Part shown: positions 39,509-49,282 of the stretch, piece by piece
Layout: the number at the start of each line of letters is the position of its first letter
Position numbering within the stretch: position 1 is the first letter of the stretch
Assembly: GCF_021246445.1 (NCBI RefSeq)
Contig: NZ_JAJQXW010000001.1
Coordinates: forward strand, 310,001-374,000
DNA: 64,000 nucleotides
Source: Rhabdothermincola salaria
GTDB lineage: Bacteria; Actinomycetota; Acidimicrobiia; Acidimicrobiales; Acidimicrobilacustridaceae
Direction: 5' to 3'
Position numbers and translations under genes: made by a program
Notes under the pieces: model-generated
The model's database searches: none
What the model saw: only the letters and a program-made list of their open reading frames with translations
What the model was told of the DNA's origin: nothing

Positions 39509-40228
39509 TCAGGTGGCGCCCATGCCGAGGCCGCCGTCGACGGGGACGACGGCACCGGTGATGTAGCCCGCCTGGTCGGAGGCGAGGAAGGCCACCGCGG
39601 CGGCCACCTCCTCGGGTTCGGCCATGCGGCCGAGGGGTACGGCGGCTTCGATGGCGGCTCGGGTGTCGTCGGCCACAGCGGCGAACATGTCGGTGGCGAC
39701 GGGGCCGGGCGCGACCACGTTGACCGTGATCGACCGGGAGGCGAACTCACGGGCCAGCGAGCGGGCCAGGCCCACCAGGCCGGCCTTGGACGCCGCGTAG
39801 TTGGCCTGGCCGGCTTGGCCGGTGCTGCCCACCACGGACCCGACGAAGACGATGCGCCCGAAACGGGCCCGCATCATCTTGGCCACGGCCCGCTTGGCCA
39901 CCCGGAAGCCGCCGACCAGGTTGGCGTCGAGCACACCGCTGAAGTCGTCCTCGTTCATGCGCAGCACGAGCATGTCGGCGGTGACCCCGGCGTTGGACAC
40001 CAGGATCTCGACCGGTCCCCACTCCTGCTCGATGCGGGAGAAGGCGGCGTCGACGGCCTCCGCGTCGGTGACGTCGCAGGCGACGCACAGCCAGTCGGCG
40101 GGGACGTCGTCGGGGGGTGCGGAACGGTAGGTGACGGCGACGCGATGGCCGGCGTCGGCCAGGGCCTGGGCGCAGGACCGACCGATGCCCCGGTTGCCGC
40201 CGGTGACGAGGGCGACCCGGCCGCTCAC
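39509..40228 (-). CDS. fabG: 3-oxoacyl-ACP reductase
   Basis: VTGGNRGIG, SNAG, GQANYAASKAG, VDGG. Confidence 0.94.
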   Translation of the reverse strand: MSGRVALVTGGNRGIGRSCAQALADAGHRVAVTYRSAPPDDVPADWLCVACDVTDAEAVDAAFSRIEQEWGPVEILVSNAGVTADMLVLRMNEDDFSGVLDANLVGGFRVAKRAVAKMMRARFGRIVFVGSVVGSTGQAGQANYAASKAGLVGLARSLAREFASRSITVNVVAPGPVATDMFAAVADDTRAAIEAAVPLGRMAEPEEVAAAVAFLASDQAGYITGAVVPVDGGLGMGAT

Positions 40229-41223
40229 GAGGTGGCTCCTGACGAGCGCAGGGCGTCGACGTCGGGCCAGCGCACCACGGCGGAGGCCCAGCTCATGCCG
40301 GCACCGAAGCCGACGAGCAGCACCAGGTCGCCAGGGGCGACCCGACCGGCGTCGAGGGCGTCGACCAGGGCCAGGGGGATGGACGCCGAGGAGGTGTTGC
40401 CGGTGGCGTGCAGCACGGTGGCCAGCCGGTCGGAGCCGATGCCGAGGCGGTTGCAGGCGGCGTCGATGATGCGGATGTTGGCCTGGTGGGGGACCACCAG
40501 GGCGAGGTCGTCGGCGGTGGCGCCGGCGGCGGCGAGCGAGGCGTTGGCGGAGCGCACCATCACGGTGACCGCCTGGCGGAACACCTCCTTGCCGTTCATC
40601 TGCATGACCCCGCCGATGGGGGCGTCGAGCAGCGAGCGCAGCGAGCCGTCGGAACCGAGGTCGAAGCCGAGCAGCTGCCCGTCGTCGTCGGTGGCCTCGA
40701 CCACCACGGCCCCGGCGCCGTCGCCGAAGAGGATGGCGGTGTTGCGGTCCTCCATGTCGGTGACTCGGCTCATGGTCTCGGCGCCGATGATGAGCACCCG
40801 CTGCAGGCCCATGGCGATGAGGCCGTGGGCGTGCACGAGGGCGTAGACGAACCCGGAGCAGGCGGCGTTGAGGTCGCTGGCGCCGCCGCGGATGCCGAGG
40901 GCGTCCTCGACCTCGGAGGCCGTGGAGGGGATCTGGTAGTCGGGGGTGGTGGTGGCGAGCAGGAGGTAGTCGATGTCGTCGCCGGTGAGGCCGGCGGCGT
41001 CGAGCGCGGCGCGACCGGCCTCGGTGGCCAGCGACGCCGTGCTGCCGCCGTGGCGACGCTCCTTGATGCCGGTGCGCTCGGTGATCCACGCGTCGGTGGT
41101 GTCGAGGCGGGCCTCGAAGTCGGCGTTGGTGACGACGTTGTCGGGGAGGGCCGTGCCCCACGAGACGATGGCCGCGCCACGGGTGCCGGGTGCCGGCCGG
41201 GTGCCGGTGGGGGTGTCGCTCAC
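40225..41223 (-). CDS. fabH: Beta-ketoacyl-ACP synthase III
   Basis: DTTDAWITERTG, NAACSGF, FGDGAGA, HQANIRI, GNTSSAS. Confidence 0.95.
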   Translation of the reverse strand: MSDTPTGTRPAPGTRGAAIVSWGTALPDNVVTNADFEARLDTTDAWITERTGIKERRHGGSTASLATEAGRAALDAAGLTGDDIDYLLLATTTPDYQIPSTASEVEDALGIRGGASDLNAACSGFVYALVHAHGLIAMGLQRVLIIGAETMSRVTDMEDRNTAILFGDGAGAVVVEATDDDGQLLGFDLGSDGSLRSLLDAPIGGVMQMNGKEVFRQAVTVMVRSANASLAAAGATADDLALVVPHQANIRIIDAACNRLGIGSDRLATVLHATGNTSSASIPLALVDALDAGRVAPGDLVLLVGFGAGMSWASAVVRWPDVDALRSSGATS

Positions 41224-42395
41224 GAGGTGCGCAACCAGGCGATGGGTTGGCTGACCGAGACCCGTTCGCCGTCCACGGCGAGCATGCCCATGACGGTGCC
41301 GGCGAACGGGGAGCGGACCTCTTGGTCGCCGACCAGCCCGAGCACGCTGCCGGGGGTGACCTCGGTGCCGGCATCGACGTCGGCGGCGGGGGCGAACACC
41401 CCGGCGGCGGGGCTCACCACGACGCGCTCGGTGGCGAAGAGGTGCTCGCCCTCGTGCACGCCGGCGCTGGCGGCCGACGGGGTGGCCAGGGTGGCGAGCA
41501 GCTTGTCGAGGTCGTCGGGGACCGACACCGACAGCGTGGTGGCCCCGCTGACGGTGCGCTTGGCCATCCCGGTGAGCACGTTGCCGGGGCCGAGCTCCAC
41601 GAACACGGTGGCGCCGGCGTCGGCGAGGTGGTGCAGGCTCTGGCGCCAGCGCACCGGGCTGCAGAGCTGGGCGCCGAGGAGGCCGGGCCACTCGTCGCCG
41701 TCGCCGTGGGCGAGGGCGTCGACGTTGGCGTAGACGGGCACGTCGGGGGCCCGCAGCTCGGCGGCGCCGACGGCCTTGCGCAGCCGCTCGCGCGCCGGGG
41801 CCATGAACGGGGTGTGGAAGGCGCCGCTGACCGCCATGGGCATGACCTTCTTGGCGCCCATGGCCTTGGCCACGTCGGCGGCCTCAGCGACGGCGTCGGG
41901 GCTGCCGGCCACCACCACCTGGCCGGGGGCGTTGTAGTTGGCCACCCAGACGTCGCCGTCGACGCGGGCGCAGGCGATCTCGACGTCGCCGTCGTCGAGC
42001 CCCAGCACCGCGGCCATGGTGCCCGTCTGGGTGGTGGCCGCCTCGAGCATGGCCTCGCCCCGTTCGGCGACGAGGCGCACCCCGTCGTCGAGGGAGAGGG
42101 CGCCGCTGGCCACCAGGGCGGTGTACTCGCCGAGGCTGTGGCCGGCGGTGGCGGCCGGTTCGACGCCGACGCGCTCGACGGCGTCGAGGACGACCAGGCT
42201 GGTGAGGAAGGTGGCCAGCTGGGCGTTGTGGGTGGCCTTGAGCTCGTCGGCGTCGGCCTCGAGCAGCAGGCGGGCCAGGTCGCGCTCGGCGACCGACGAG
42301 GCCTCGTCGACGAGCTCCCAGGAGGGGTGGTCCCGCCAGGCCTCGCCCATGCCGGGCTTCTGAGAGCCCTGCCCAGGGAAGGTGAACACGATCAT
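41220..42395 (-). CDS. fabD: Malonyl-CoA:ACP transacylase with C-terminal biotinyl/lipoyl-fold domain
   Basis: FPGQGSQ, GHSLGE, SGAFHT, ELGPG; extra C-terminal VVSPAAG...VRSPFAG domain. Confidence 0.93.
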   Translation of the reverse strand: MIVFTFPGQGSQKPGMGEAWRDHPSWELVDEASSVAERDLARLLLEADADELKATHNAQLATFLTSLVVLDAVERVGVEPAATAGHSLGEYTALVASGALSLDDGVRLVAERGEAMLEAATTQTGTMAAVLGLDDGDVEIACARVDGDVWVANYNAPGQVVVAGSPDAVAEAADVAKAMGAKKVMPMAVSGAFHTPFMAPARERLRKAVGAAELRAPDVPVYANVDALAHGDGDEWPGLLGAQLCSPVRWRQSLHHLADAGATVFVELGPGNVLTGMAKRTVSGATTLSVSVPDDLDKLLATLATPSAASAGVHEGEHLFATERVVVSPAAGVFAPAADVDAGTEVTPGSVLGLVGDQEVRSPFAGTVMGMLAVDGERVSVSQPIAWLRTS

Positions 42396-42486
42396 CGGGT
42401 GGCCGGCACCTCCGGGAGTAGGGGGACGGCGCCGGGTGTGCACCGGCGCCGGGAACAGCTGTGACCCGCGAGGGTCGGGAGAGGTT

Positions 42487-42639
42487 TCACGTGGATCCGT
42501 ACCGTTCGTGGAACTCGGCGAGGTTGCGGGCCATCGCCCGGCTGCGGGTGCGGCTCACCCAGCCCGCGCCGAGCGCCACGGCGACGACCAGCACGAGGGC
42601 GCGCGGGGGTCGGTGGCGTCGTCGGGTGGGGTGAGCCAT
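42487..42639 (-). CDS. Possible 50-aa single-TM peptide immediately downstream of tRNA-Leu
   Basis: MAHPTRRRHRPPRALVLVVAVALGAGW...; no SD visible. Confidence 0.35.
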   Translation of the reverse strand: MAHPTRRRHRPPRALVLVVAVALGAGWVSRTRSRAMARNLAEFHERYGST

Positions 42640-42642
42640 GGG

Positions 42643-42726
42643 TGCGGCGGGAGGGATTCGAACCCTCAAGCCCTTGCGGGCAGCGGGGTTTGAGCCCGCC
42701 CTGTATGCCGGTTCCAGCACCGCCGC
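42643..42726 (-). tRNA. tRNA-Leu(CAA), CCA not encoded
   Basis: Acceptor GCGGCGG/CCGCCGC-A, anticodon arm GCGGG-CTCAAAC-CCCGC, long variable arm, GGTTCGAATCC T-loop. Confidence 0.95.
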
Positions 42727-42807
42727 GTGCGATGAGGAGCAGGCCTACGGTAGCGCTCGCCGGACCGTGGTCCGGCTTACCGGGGGGTAACCGTCCTACA
42801 CTCCCGG

Positions 42808-43104
42808 GTGATGAGCAGGGCCATGGTCGAACGGCGTCTCACCGACGTCAGCACGCAACTCAAGGAGTTGCGGCGCGAGCTGGCCGTCACCGACGAGCAG
42901 CTGGCCCAGTTGTCCGACGAGGCCGAGGACGCTCGCCTGCGCTCGCTGGTGTCGGAGACCCCGCTCGCCGAGCGCGAGCACCGCGAGGCCTCCCGCCACG
43001 CCGAGGCCATGCAGCGCCACCGCGGCGAGGTCATGGGCGACATCGTCCGCCTCGAGGCGCTCCAGGACGAGCTGCTCGACAAGCTGCTCGACACGTCGGC
43101 CTGA
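42808..43104 (+). CDS. Small coiled-coil hypothetical protein
   Basis: Helical heptad-rich ORF (..ARLRSLVSETPLA..), TACACT -10 just upstream. Confidence 0.8.
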   Translation: MMSRAMVERRLTDVSTQLKELRRELAVTDEQLAQLSDEAEDARLRSLVSETPLAEREHREASRHAEAMQRHRGEVMGDIVRLEALQDELLDKLLDTSA

Positions 43105-43171
43105 CGCCGGCGGTCGCGTCGCCGACGGGTGCCCGTCGAGCGGGCGCGATCGGTCTTGTACGCTCGGCGAC

Positions 43172-43756
43172 GTGCCGACCCGTGTCGTGATCGCCGAGGA
43201 CGAGGCCATCATCCGCCTCGACCTGAAGGAGACCCTCCTCGAGGAGGGCTACGAGGTCGTGGGCGAGACCGGACGGGGCGACGAGGCCGTCGAGTTGGTC
43301 AAGGCCCATGCTCCGGACATCGCCATCCTCGACATCAAGATGCCGGGCCTCGACGGGCTGTCCGCGGCCCGCGAGATCGCCGGTGAGCGCCGGGCCGCGG
43401 TGCTCATCCTCACCGCCTTCAGCCAGCGCGACCTCATCGAGCAGGCCCGCGACGCCGGGGCGCTGGCCTACCTGGTCAAGCCGTTCCAGCGCAGCGAGCT
43501 GATCCCCGCCATCGAGCTGGCCATCGGCCGGTTCCAGGAGATGAAGGCGCTGGCCGACCAGGCCCAGAACCTCGAGGACCAGCTCGAGACGCGCAAGATC
43601 GTCGACCGCGCCAAGGGCCAGCTCATGGACGGCCACGCCATGTCCGAGGGCGACGCCTTCTCGTTCATCCAGCGCACGGCCATGCGCGAGCGCCTCACCA
43701 TGAAGCTGGTGAGCGAGCGGATCATCGCCGGCGAGCTCGTCCCGCCGGCGTCGTGA
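43172..43756 (+). CDS. ANTAR-domain response regulator (PdtaR-like)
   Basis: REC (AEDE, LDIKMP, LVKPF) plus ANTAR (LETRKIVDRAKGQLM..AFSFIQ); tRNA-Leu/ANTAR/polA synteny. Confidence 0.92.
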   Translation: MPTRVVIAEDEAIIRLDLKETLLEEGYEVVGETGRGDEAVELVKAHAPDIAILDIKMPGLDGLSAAREIAGERRAAVLILTAFSQRDLIEQARDAGALAYLVKPFQRSELIPAIELAIGRFQEMKALADQAQNLEDQLETRKIVDRAKGQLMDGHAMSEGDAFSFIQRTAMRERLTMKLVSERIIAGELVPPAS

Positions 43757-43793
43757 CCCCGGCCCGTCGGCTCGCACGGGGGGATCGACCCCG

Positions 43794-46490
43794 ATGAGCA
43801 AGCTGATGCTCATCGACGGCAACTCGTTGGCCTACCGGGCCTTCTTCGCCCTGCCCACCGATCTGGCCACCGCGTCGGGCCAGGTCACCAACGCGGTGTT
43901 CGGGTTCACGTCGATGCTGGTCAACCTGATCCGCGACCACGAGCCCGACCACCTGGCCGTGGCCTTCGACCGACCCGAGCCGACCTTCCGCCACGAGGCG
44001 CTCGACACCTACAAGGCCAACCGCGAAGAGGCTCCCGACATCCTGCGCCAGCAGCTCGGCCTGGTCCGCCAGGTGGTGGAGGTGCTGCACATCCCCGTGC
44101 TGGAGCTGGCCGGCTACGAGGCCGACGACATCATCGCCACCCTCGCCACCGCCGGGCGCGACCGAGGCGACGACGTCCTCGTGGTCACCGGCGACCGCGA
44201 CAGCTACCAGCTCGTCGAGGACCCGCACGTCAAGGTCCTCTACAACAAGCGCGGCGTCTCCGACTACGCCCTCTACGACGAAGCCGGCATCGCCGAGCGC
44301 ACCGGGGTGCATCCTTCCAAGTACCTCGAGTACGCCGCGTTGCGGGGCGATCCCTCCGACAACCTGCCGGGCGTGCCGGGGGTGGGGGAGAAGACGGCGG
44401 CCAAGCTGATCAACAACCACGGCGACCTCGACGGCATCTTCGCCCACCTCGAGGAGCAGACCCCGAAGCTGCGTCAGAACCTCGGCGAGCACGAGACCCA
44501 GGTGCGGGCCAACGCGGTGATCATGAAGCTGGTGCGCGACGCCCCGGTCGACGTCGATCCCGATCAGCTGGTCCTGGGCGACTACGACCTCGACGAGGTC
44601 CGCGAGCTGTTCGACTTCCTCGAGTTCCGCACCCTCTACGACCGTCTGCTCGAAGCGCTCGCCGCTCTCACCGGCGACGACTCGGTGGTGAGCACCGGGT
44701 CCGGGCTCGACGTGCTCGAGGCCGAACGACGCGACCTCGACGACCCTGCTGCCGCCGTCGGTGTGCTCGAGGCGCTGGCCGCCGGGGAAGGCCCGTTGGC
44801 GGTGGCGGCCACGTGGGTGGGCACCGAGGGGCGCTCGGCGCTCGAGGGCCTGGCCGTCGTCACCGATCCCGAGACGGCCGACGTGGCGTGGCTGCCCGCC
44901 GCGGTGCTGAGCCAGGCCGATGTGCACACCGCGCTCGCCGCGCTGCTGGGCGACGGCGGCCGACCGTTGGTGGCCCACGGCGCCAAGGCGCTGATGCGCA
45001 GCCTCGACGAGCTCGACGTCGACGTGCGCACCCTCGCCCTCGACACCATGATCGCCGCCTACCTGCTCGACCCGGCCGAGGCCCGCTACGCCCTCGAGGA
45101 GCTCCTCGAGCGCTACGCCGAGCTGCGCCTCCCCGACGAGGGCGACGTGGCCGAGGGCCAGCTCGACTTCGGCGGCGAGGCCGGGCCCGACGGCCAGAAG
45201 GCGGCCCGCCACGCCCTCGCCGTGCACCGCCTGGTCGAGCCCCTCCAGGCGGCCCTCGACGCCCGGGGACTGCGCACCCTCCACGACGACGTCGAGACGC
45301 CGCTGGTGCGGGTGTTGGCCCGCATGGAGATCGTGGGGGTGGGGATCGACCGCCAGGAGCTCCAGCGTCTGAGCGACGAGCTCGTGGCCGAGTGCGATCG
45401 TCTGCGCGCCCAGATCTGCGAGGACGCCGGCGAGGAGTTCAACGTCAACTCCACCGTCAAGCTGCGCGAGGTCCTCTTCGACCGGCTCGGCCTCACCCCC
45501 CAGAAGAAGACCAAGACCGGCTACTCCACCGACGCCGCGTCGCTCGAGAAGCTCAAGGGCCAGCACCCCATCGTCGAGCACCTCCTCTCCTACCGCGAGG
45601 TCGAGAAGCTGCGGTCCACCTACGGCGAGGCCCTGCTGGCCGAGGTCGCCGACGACGGCCGCATCCACGCCACGTTCAACCAGACCGTGGCCCGCACCGG
45701 ACGGCTCAGCTCCGACGCGCCCAACCTGCACAACATCCCGGTGCGCACCGAGATCGGCCGGGCGTTCCGCCGGGCGTTCGTGCCCGCCCCCGGCCACCAG
45801 CTGCTGGTGGCCGACTACAACCAGATCGAGCTGCGCTGCATCGCCCACCTCGCCGAGGACCCGGGCCTCATCGAGGCCTTCGAGACCGAACAGGACATCC
45901 ACACCACCACCGCGGCGCGGGTGTTCGGCGTGGAGCCCGGCGAGGTCACCCTCGAGCAGCGCTCCAAGGCCAAGATGGTCAGCTACGGGTTGGCCTACGG
46001 CATGGAGGCCTACGGGCTGGGGCAGCGCCTGGGCATCCCCACCGGTGAGGCCCAGACCATCCTCGACGCCTACTTCGTGGCCTTCCCCGCGGTGCACGAC
46101 TACATGGACCGCACGGTGGCCGAGGCTCGCGAGCGGGGCTACACCGAGACCCTGTTCGGTCGGCGCCGCCAGATCCCCGAGCTGTCGTCGGGCAACTTCC
46201 GCATCCGCCAGGCCGGCGAGCGCCAGGCCATGAACGCCGGCATCCAGGGCCTGGCGGCCGACATCTTCAAGGTGGCCCTGGTCCGCCTCGACCGGGCCCT
46301 CGAGGACGCCGGCACCACCAGCCGGCTCATCCTGCAGGTCCACGACGAGGTGATCTGCGAGGTCACCCCCGACGAGCTCGACGCGGTCACCGGGCTCGTC
46401 CTCGACGCCATGTCCGGGGCCTTCGCCCTGCGCGTGCCGCTGGCCGTGAACCTGGCGGTGGGGGACTCGTGGGCCGACGCCAAGGGTTGA
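43794..46490 (+). CDS. polA: DNA polymerase I
   Basis: LIDGNSLAYRAFFA, GDPSDN, TGRLSS..PNL, ADYNQIELR, QVHDE. Confidence 0.97.
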   Translation: MSKLMLIDGNSLAYRAFFALPTDLATASGQVTNAVFGFTSMLVNLIRDHEPDHLAVAFDRPEPTFRHEALDTYKANREEAPDILRQQLGLVRQVVEVLHIPVLELAGYEADDIIATLATAGRDRGDDVLVVTGDRDSYQLVEDPHVKVLYNKRGVSDYALYDEAGIAERTGVHPSKYLEYAALRGDPSDNLPGVPGVGEKTAAKLINNHGDLDGIFAHLEEQTPKLRQNLGEHETQVRANAVIMKLVRDAPVDVDPDQLVLGDYDLDEVRELFDFLEFRTLYDRLLEALAALTGDDSVVSTGSGLDVLEAERRDLDDPAAAVGVLEALAAGEGPLAVAATWVGTEGRSALEGLAVVTDPETADVAWLPAAVLSQADVHTALAALLGDGGRPLVAHGAKALMRSLDELDVDVRTLALDTMIAAYLLDPAEARYALEELLERYAELRLPDEGDVAEGQLDFGGEAGPDGQKAARHALAVHRLVEPLQAALDARGLRTLHDDVETPLVRVLARMEIVGVGIDRQELQRLSDELVAECDRLRAQICEDAGEEFNVNSTVKLREVLFDRLGLTPQKKTKTGYSTDAASLEKLKGQHPIVEHLLSYREVEKLRSTYGEALLAEVADDGRIHATFNQTVARTGRLSSDAPNLHNIPVRTEIGRAFRRAFVPAPGHQLLVADYNQIELRCIAHLAEDPGLIEAFETEQDIHTTTAARVFGVEPGEVTLEQRSKAKMVSYGLAYGMEAYGLGQRLGIPTGEAQTILDAYFVAFPAVHDYMDRTVAEARERGYTETLFGRRRQIPELSSGNFRIRQAGERQAMNAGIQGLAADIFKVALVRLDRALEDAGTTSRLILQVHDEVICEVTPDELDAVTGLVLDAMSGAFALRVPLAVNLAVGDSWADAKG

Positions 46491-46503
46491 GGAGGCTTCG
46501 CCG

Positions 46504-47343
46504 GTGAGCGACCACGGTTCCCGTCCCGACGACCCGGTCCACTGGTTCGAGTCCGTCGCCGACCACCTCGGCGAGGCCTACCTGCGGTACTCCTTCACCA
46601 AGGGCACCGAGAACGAGGTGGCGTTCCTGGTCGACGAGCTCGGGCTGGGTCCCGGGCACCGGGTGCTCGACGTGGGCTGCGGCCCGGGCCGTCACGCCCA
46701 CGCCCTGGGTCGGCGGGGCATCGAGGTGGTGGGCGTCGACATCGCCCGGCGTTTCGTCGACCTCGCCCGTCGCGACGCCCCCGACGGGGTGACCTTCGAG
46801 CGCATGGACGCCCGTGCCCTCTCCTTCGACGGCGAGTTCGATGCCGTCATCTCGCTGTGCCAGGGCGCGTTCGGGCTGTCCGGGGGTGGTCCCATGGCGG
46901 CGCCGTTGGCCGACGTCTCGGCCGGCCGGGTGGCGGGGGTGGCCCCGATGGCCGGGCCCGGAGCGCGCGCCGGCGACCCCGACGCCGCCGTCCTCGACGG
47001 CATGGCCCGGGCGCTGAAGCCCGGTGGTCGCCTGGCCGTGTCGGCCTTCTCGGCCTACTTCCAGGTGCGCTTCCTCGAGCACACCGACCGCTTCGACGCC
47101 GCCTCCGGGGTGAACCACGAGGTCACCAGCGTGCGCTCGCCGAGCGGCGAGGAGGTGACCACCGATCTGTGGACCACCTGCTTCACGCCGCGCGAGCTGC
47201 GCCTGCTGGCGGTGCGATCGGGCCTTCTGGTGCGCGACCTCTGGTCGGTCACCCCCGGTGAGTACGCCCGGCGCGACCCGGACCTCGACCACCCCGAGTT
47301 CCTCATGGTCGCCATCCGCCCCTCCGCGCCGACGTCCGCCTGA
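46504..47343 (+). CDS. Class I SAM-dependent methyltransferase
   Basis: VLDVGCGPGRH, MDAR, LKPGG. Confidence 0.87.
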   Translation: MSDHGSRPDDPVHWFESVADHLGEAYLRYSFTKGTENEVAFLVDELGLGPGHRVLDVGCGPGRHAHALGRRGIEVVGVDIARRFVDLARRDAPDGVTFERMDARALSFDGEFDAVISLCQGAFGLSGGGPMAAPLADVSAGRVAGVAPMAGPGARAGDPDAAVLDGMARALKPGGRLAVSAFSAYFQVRFLEHTDRFDAASGVNHEVTSVRSPSGEEVTTDLWTTCFTPRELRLLAVRSGLLVRDLWSVTPGEYARRDPDLDHPEFLMVAIRPSAPTSA

Positions 47344-47497
47344 GAGCCCACGGGCCGGAAGGGCCGGATCGTCCCCGGATGGGGCGGGACGAGGCCGCGG
47401 TGCTACCCTTTCAGCCCGTCGTGCGCGCCCGCGCACGCCCGGCCCACCGGTGCTCCGCCGAGGGCCGTTCCCCGACGTTTCCGAAGCGAGTCTCACC

Positions 47498-48982
47498 TTG
47501 TCCGAGCAGGCCGACGCCGGCATCCCCGCCGACGACACCCCCGAGTCCTCCGCAGCAACCGCCACCATGACCGCCGAGGCACCCTCGGGCATGGGGAGCT
47601 TCGACGAACAGGGCCAGTACGTGCCCCGCCAGGTGGTCGCCGACGACCTCGAGGGCGTCTCGCTCGACGATGCGTACACCCAGTCGATGGTCCAGGTCGA
47701 GGACGGCCAGATCGTCGAGGGCACCGTGGTCAAGGTCGACCGCGACGAGGTCCTGCTCGACATCGGCTACAAGTCCGAGGGCGTCATCCCCTCGCGTGAG
47801 CTGTCGATCCGCAACGACGTCGACCCCGCCGAGATCGTCGCCCTGGGCGACGAGATCGAAGCCCTCGTCCTGCAGAAGGAGGACAAGGAGGGTCGCCTCG
47901 TCCTGTCCAAGAAGCGGGCCCAGTACGAGCGGGCCTGGGGCACGATCGAGAAGATCAAGGAAGAAGAAGGCGTCGTCAGCGGCCCGGTCATCGAGGTCGT
48001 CAAGGGCGGCCTCATCCTCGACATCGGCCTGCGCGGCTTCCTGCCGGCGTCGCTGGTCGAGCTGCGCCGGGTCCGCGACCTCGCCCCCTACGTGGGGCGC
48101 ACGCTCGAGGCCAAGATCATCGAGCTCGACAAGAATCGCAACAACGTGGTGCTCTCCCGCCGAGCCTGGCTCGAGGAGACGCAGAAGGAGCAGCGCGAGG
48201 ACTTCCTCGCCAACCTCAAGCCCGGCGAGGTCCGTCGCGGCACGGTGTCGTCGGTCGTGAACTTCGGCGCCTTCGTCGACCTCGGCGGCATGGACGGCCT
48301 GGTGCACGTCTCCGAGCTGTCCTGGAAGCACGTCGACCACCCCGGTTCGGTGGTGGCCGTCGGCGACGAGATCGACGTGCAGGTGCTCGAGGTCGACCTG
48401 TCCCGCGAGCGCATCAGCCTGTCGCTCAAGGCCACCCAGCAGGACCCGTGGCAGGAGTTCGCCTCCAACCACCAGGTCGGCGAGCTGGTCTACGGCCGGG
48501 TCACCAAGCTGGTGCCGTTCGGTGCGTTCGTGCAGGTGGGCGACGGCATCGAGGGCCTGGTGCACATCTCGGAGATGTCGGCGCACCACGTCGACCTCCC
48601 GGAGCAGGTCGTCACCCCCGGCGAGGAGCTGTGGGTCAAGATCATCGACCTGGACCTGCAGCGTCGTCGCATCAGCCTGTCGATCAAGCAGGCCGCCGAG
48701 GGCGGCATCGTGGCCGCCGAGTACCAGGAGCACTTCGGCGAGCACGCCTACGACGAAGAGGGCAACTACATCGGCTTCACCGGTGAGACCGAGTCGAGCG
48801 AGGGCCAGGAGGCCTGGGCCGAGTACTACGCCGAGCACGGCGTCGACGCCGAGGCCCCCGAGGTCGACCCCGCCGCACCCGCGGCCCCCGAGGCCGAGGC
48901 CCCGCCGGCCGCGGCCCCCGAGGCGGCCGCCCCGGAGGCTGCGGAGGCCGCCGAGCCCGAGCCCCCGGCCGAAGAGGCCTGA
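47498..48982 (+). CDS. rpsA: 30S ribosomal protein S1 (4 S1 domains, acidic Ala/Pro/Glu tail)
   Basis: DIGYKSEG, GLRGFLPASL, FGAFVDLGG, EGLVHISE; start TTG 47498 or ATG 47567. Confidence 0.96.
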   Translation: MSEQADAGIPADDTPESSAATATMTAEAPSGMGSFDEQGQYVPRQVVADDLEGVSLDDAYTQSMVQVEDGQIVEGTVVKVDRDEVLLDIGYKSEGVIPSRELSIRNDVDPAEIVALGDEIEALVLQKEDKEGRLVLSKKRAQYERAWGTIEKIKEEEGVVSGPVIEVVKGGLILDIGLRGFLPASLVELRRVRDLAPYVGRTLEAKIIELDKNRNNVVLSRRAWLEETQKEQREDFLANLKPGEVRRGTVSSVVNFGAFVDLGGMDGLVHVSELSWKHVDHPGSVVAVGDEIDVQVLEVDLSRERISLSLKATQQDPWQEFASNHQVGELVYGRVTKLVPFGAFVQVGDGIEGLVHISEMSAHHVDLPEQVVTPGEELWVKIIDLDLQRRRISLSIKQAAEGGIVAAEYQEHFGEHAYDEEGNYIGFTGETESSEGQEAWAEYYAEHGVDAEAPEVDPAAPAAPEAEAPPAAAPEAAAPEAAEAAEPEPPAEEA

Positions 48983-49032
48983 TCGGCGCCTCCCTGCGCT
49001 GCGGCTCGGGGAGGTGTCCACCACCAACTGTT

Positions 49033-49069
49033 GCGACGATGGCGGCGTCCACCGCGCCGCCATCGTCGC
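49033..49069 (+). terminator. Hairpin downstream of rpsA
   Basis: GCGACGATGGCGGCG / CGCCGCCATCGTCGC 15-bp stem. Confidence 0.6.
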
Positions 49070-49136
49070 GTCGGTCCGCATCCCGGCCGCGCCGGTCGGG
49101 GTGCACCGGGGCCGCAAAAAGAATGTGGTCGACCGC

Positions 49137-49164
49137 TAAGCCCGGTGGCCCGACGCGCCGAAAG
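49137..49164 (+). promoter_or_regulatory. Sigma-28/WhiG-like promoter of the tad operon
   Basis: TAAG-N16-GCCGAAAG. Confidence 0.5.
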
Positions 49165-49282
49165 AGGAGAGGCGTGTTCGGCCGATGGCCGTCTGCGCCC
49201 ATGTTGTTTGCCATGATGGTCGCTGGTCCCCCAGGCCCCGGCGACTGGTTCCAGCCCTGGATGCATCGAGAAGAGGACGTAC

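Noticed and set aside
38015..42395. Possible type II PKS cluster
   Set aside because: Canonical fabD-fabH-fabG-acpP-fabF with no chain-length factor or cyclases; primary FAS-II
42643..42726. tRNA as an integration site for an island
   Set aside because: No integrase or duplicated tRNA 3' end seen; flanks are housekeeping genes
48840..48982. GCCCCCGAGGCC-type repeats at the end of rpsA
   Set aside because: Low-complexity Ala/Pro/Glu coding tail, not a separate element
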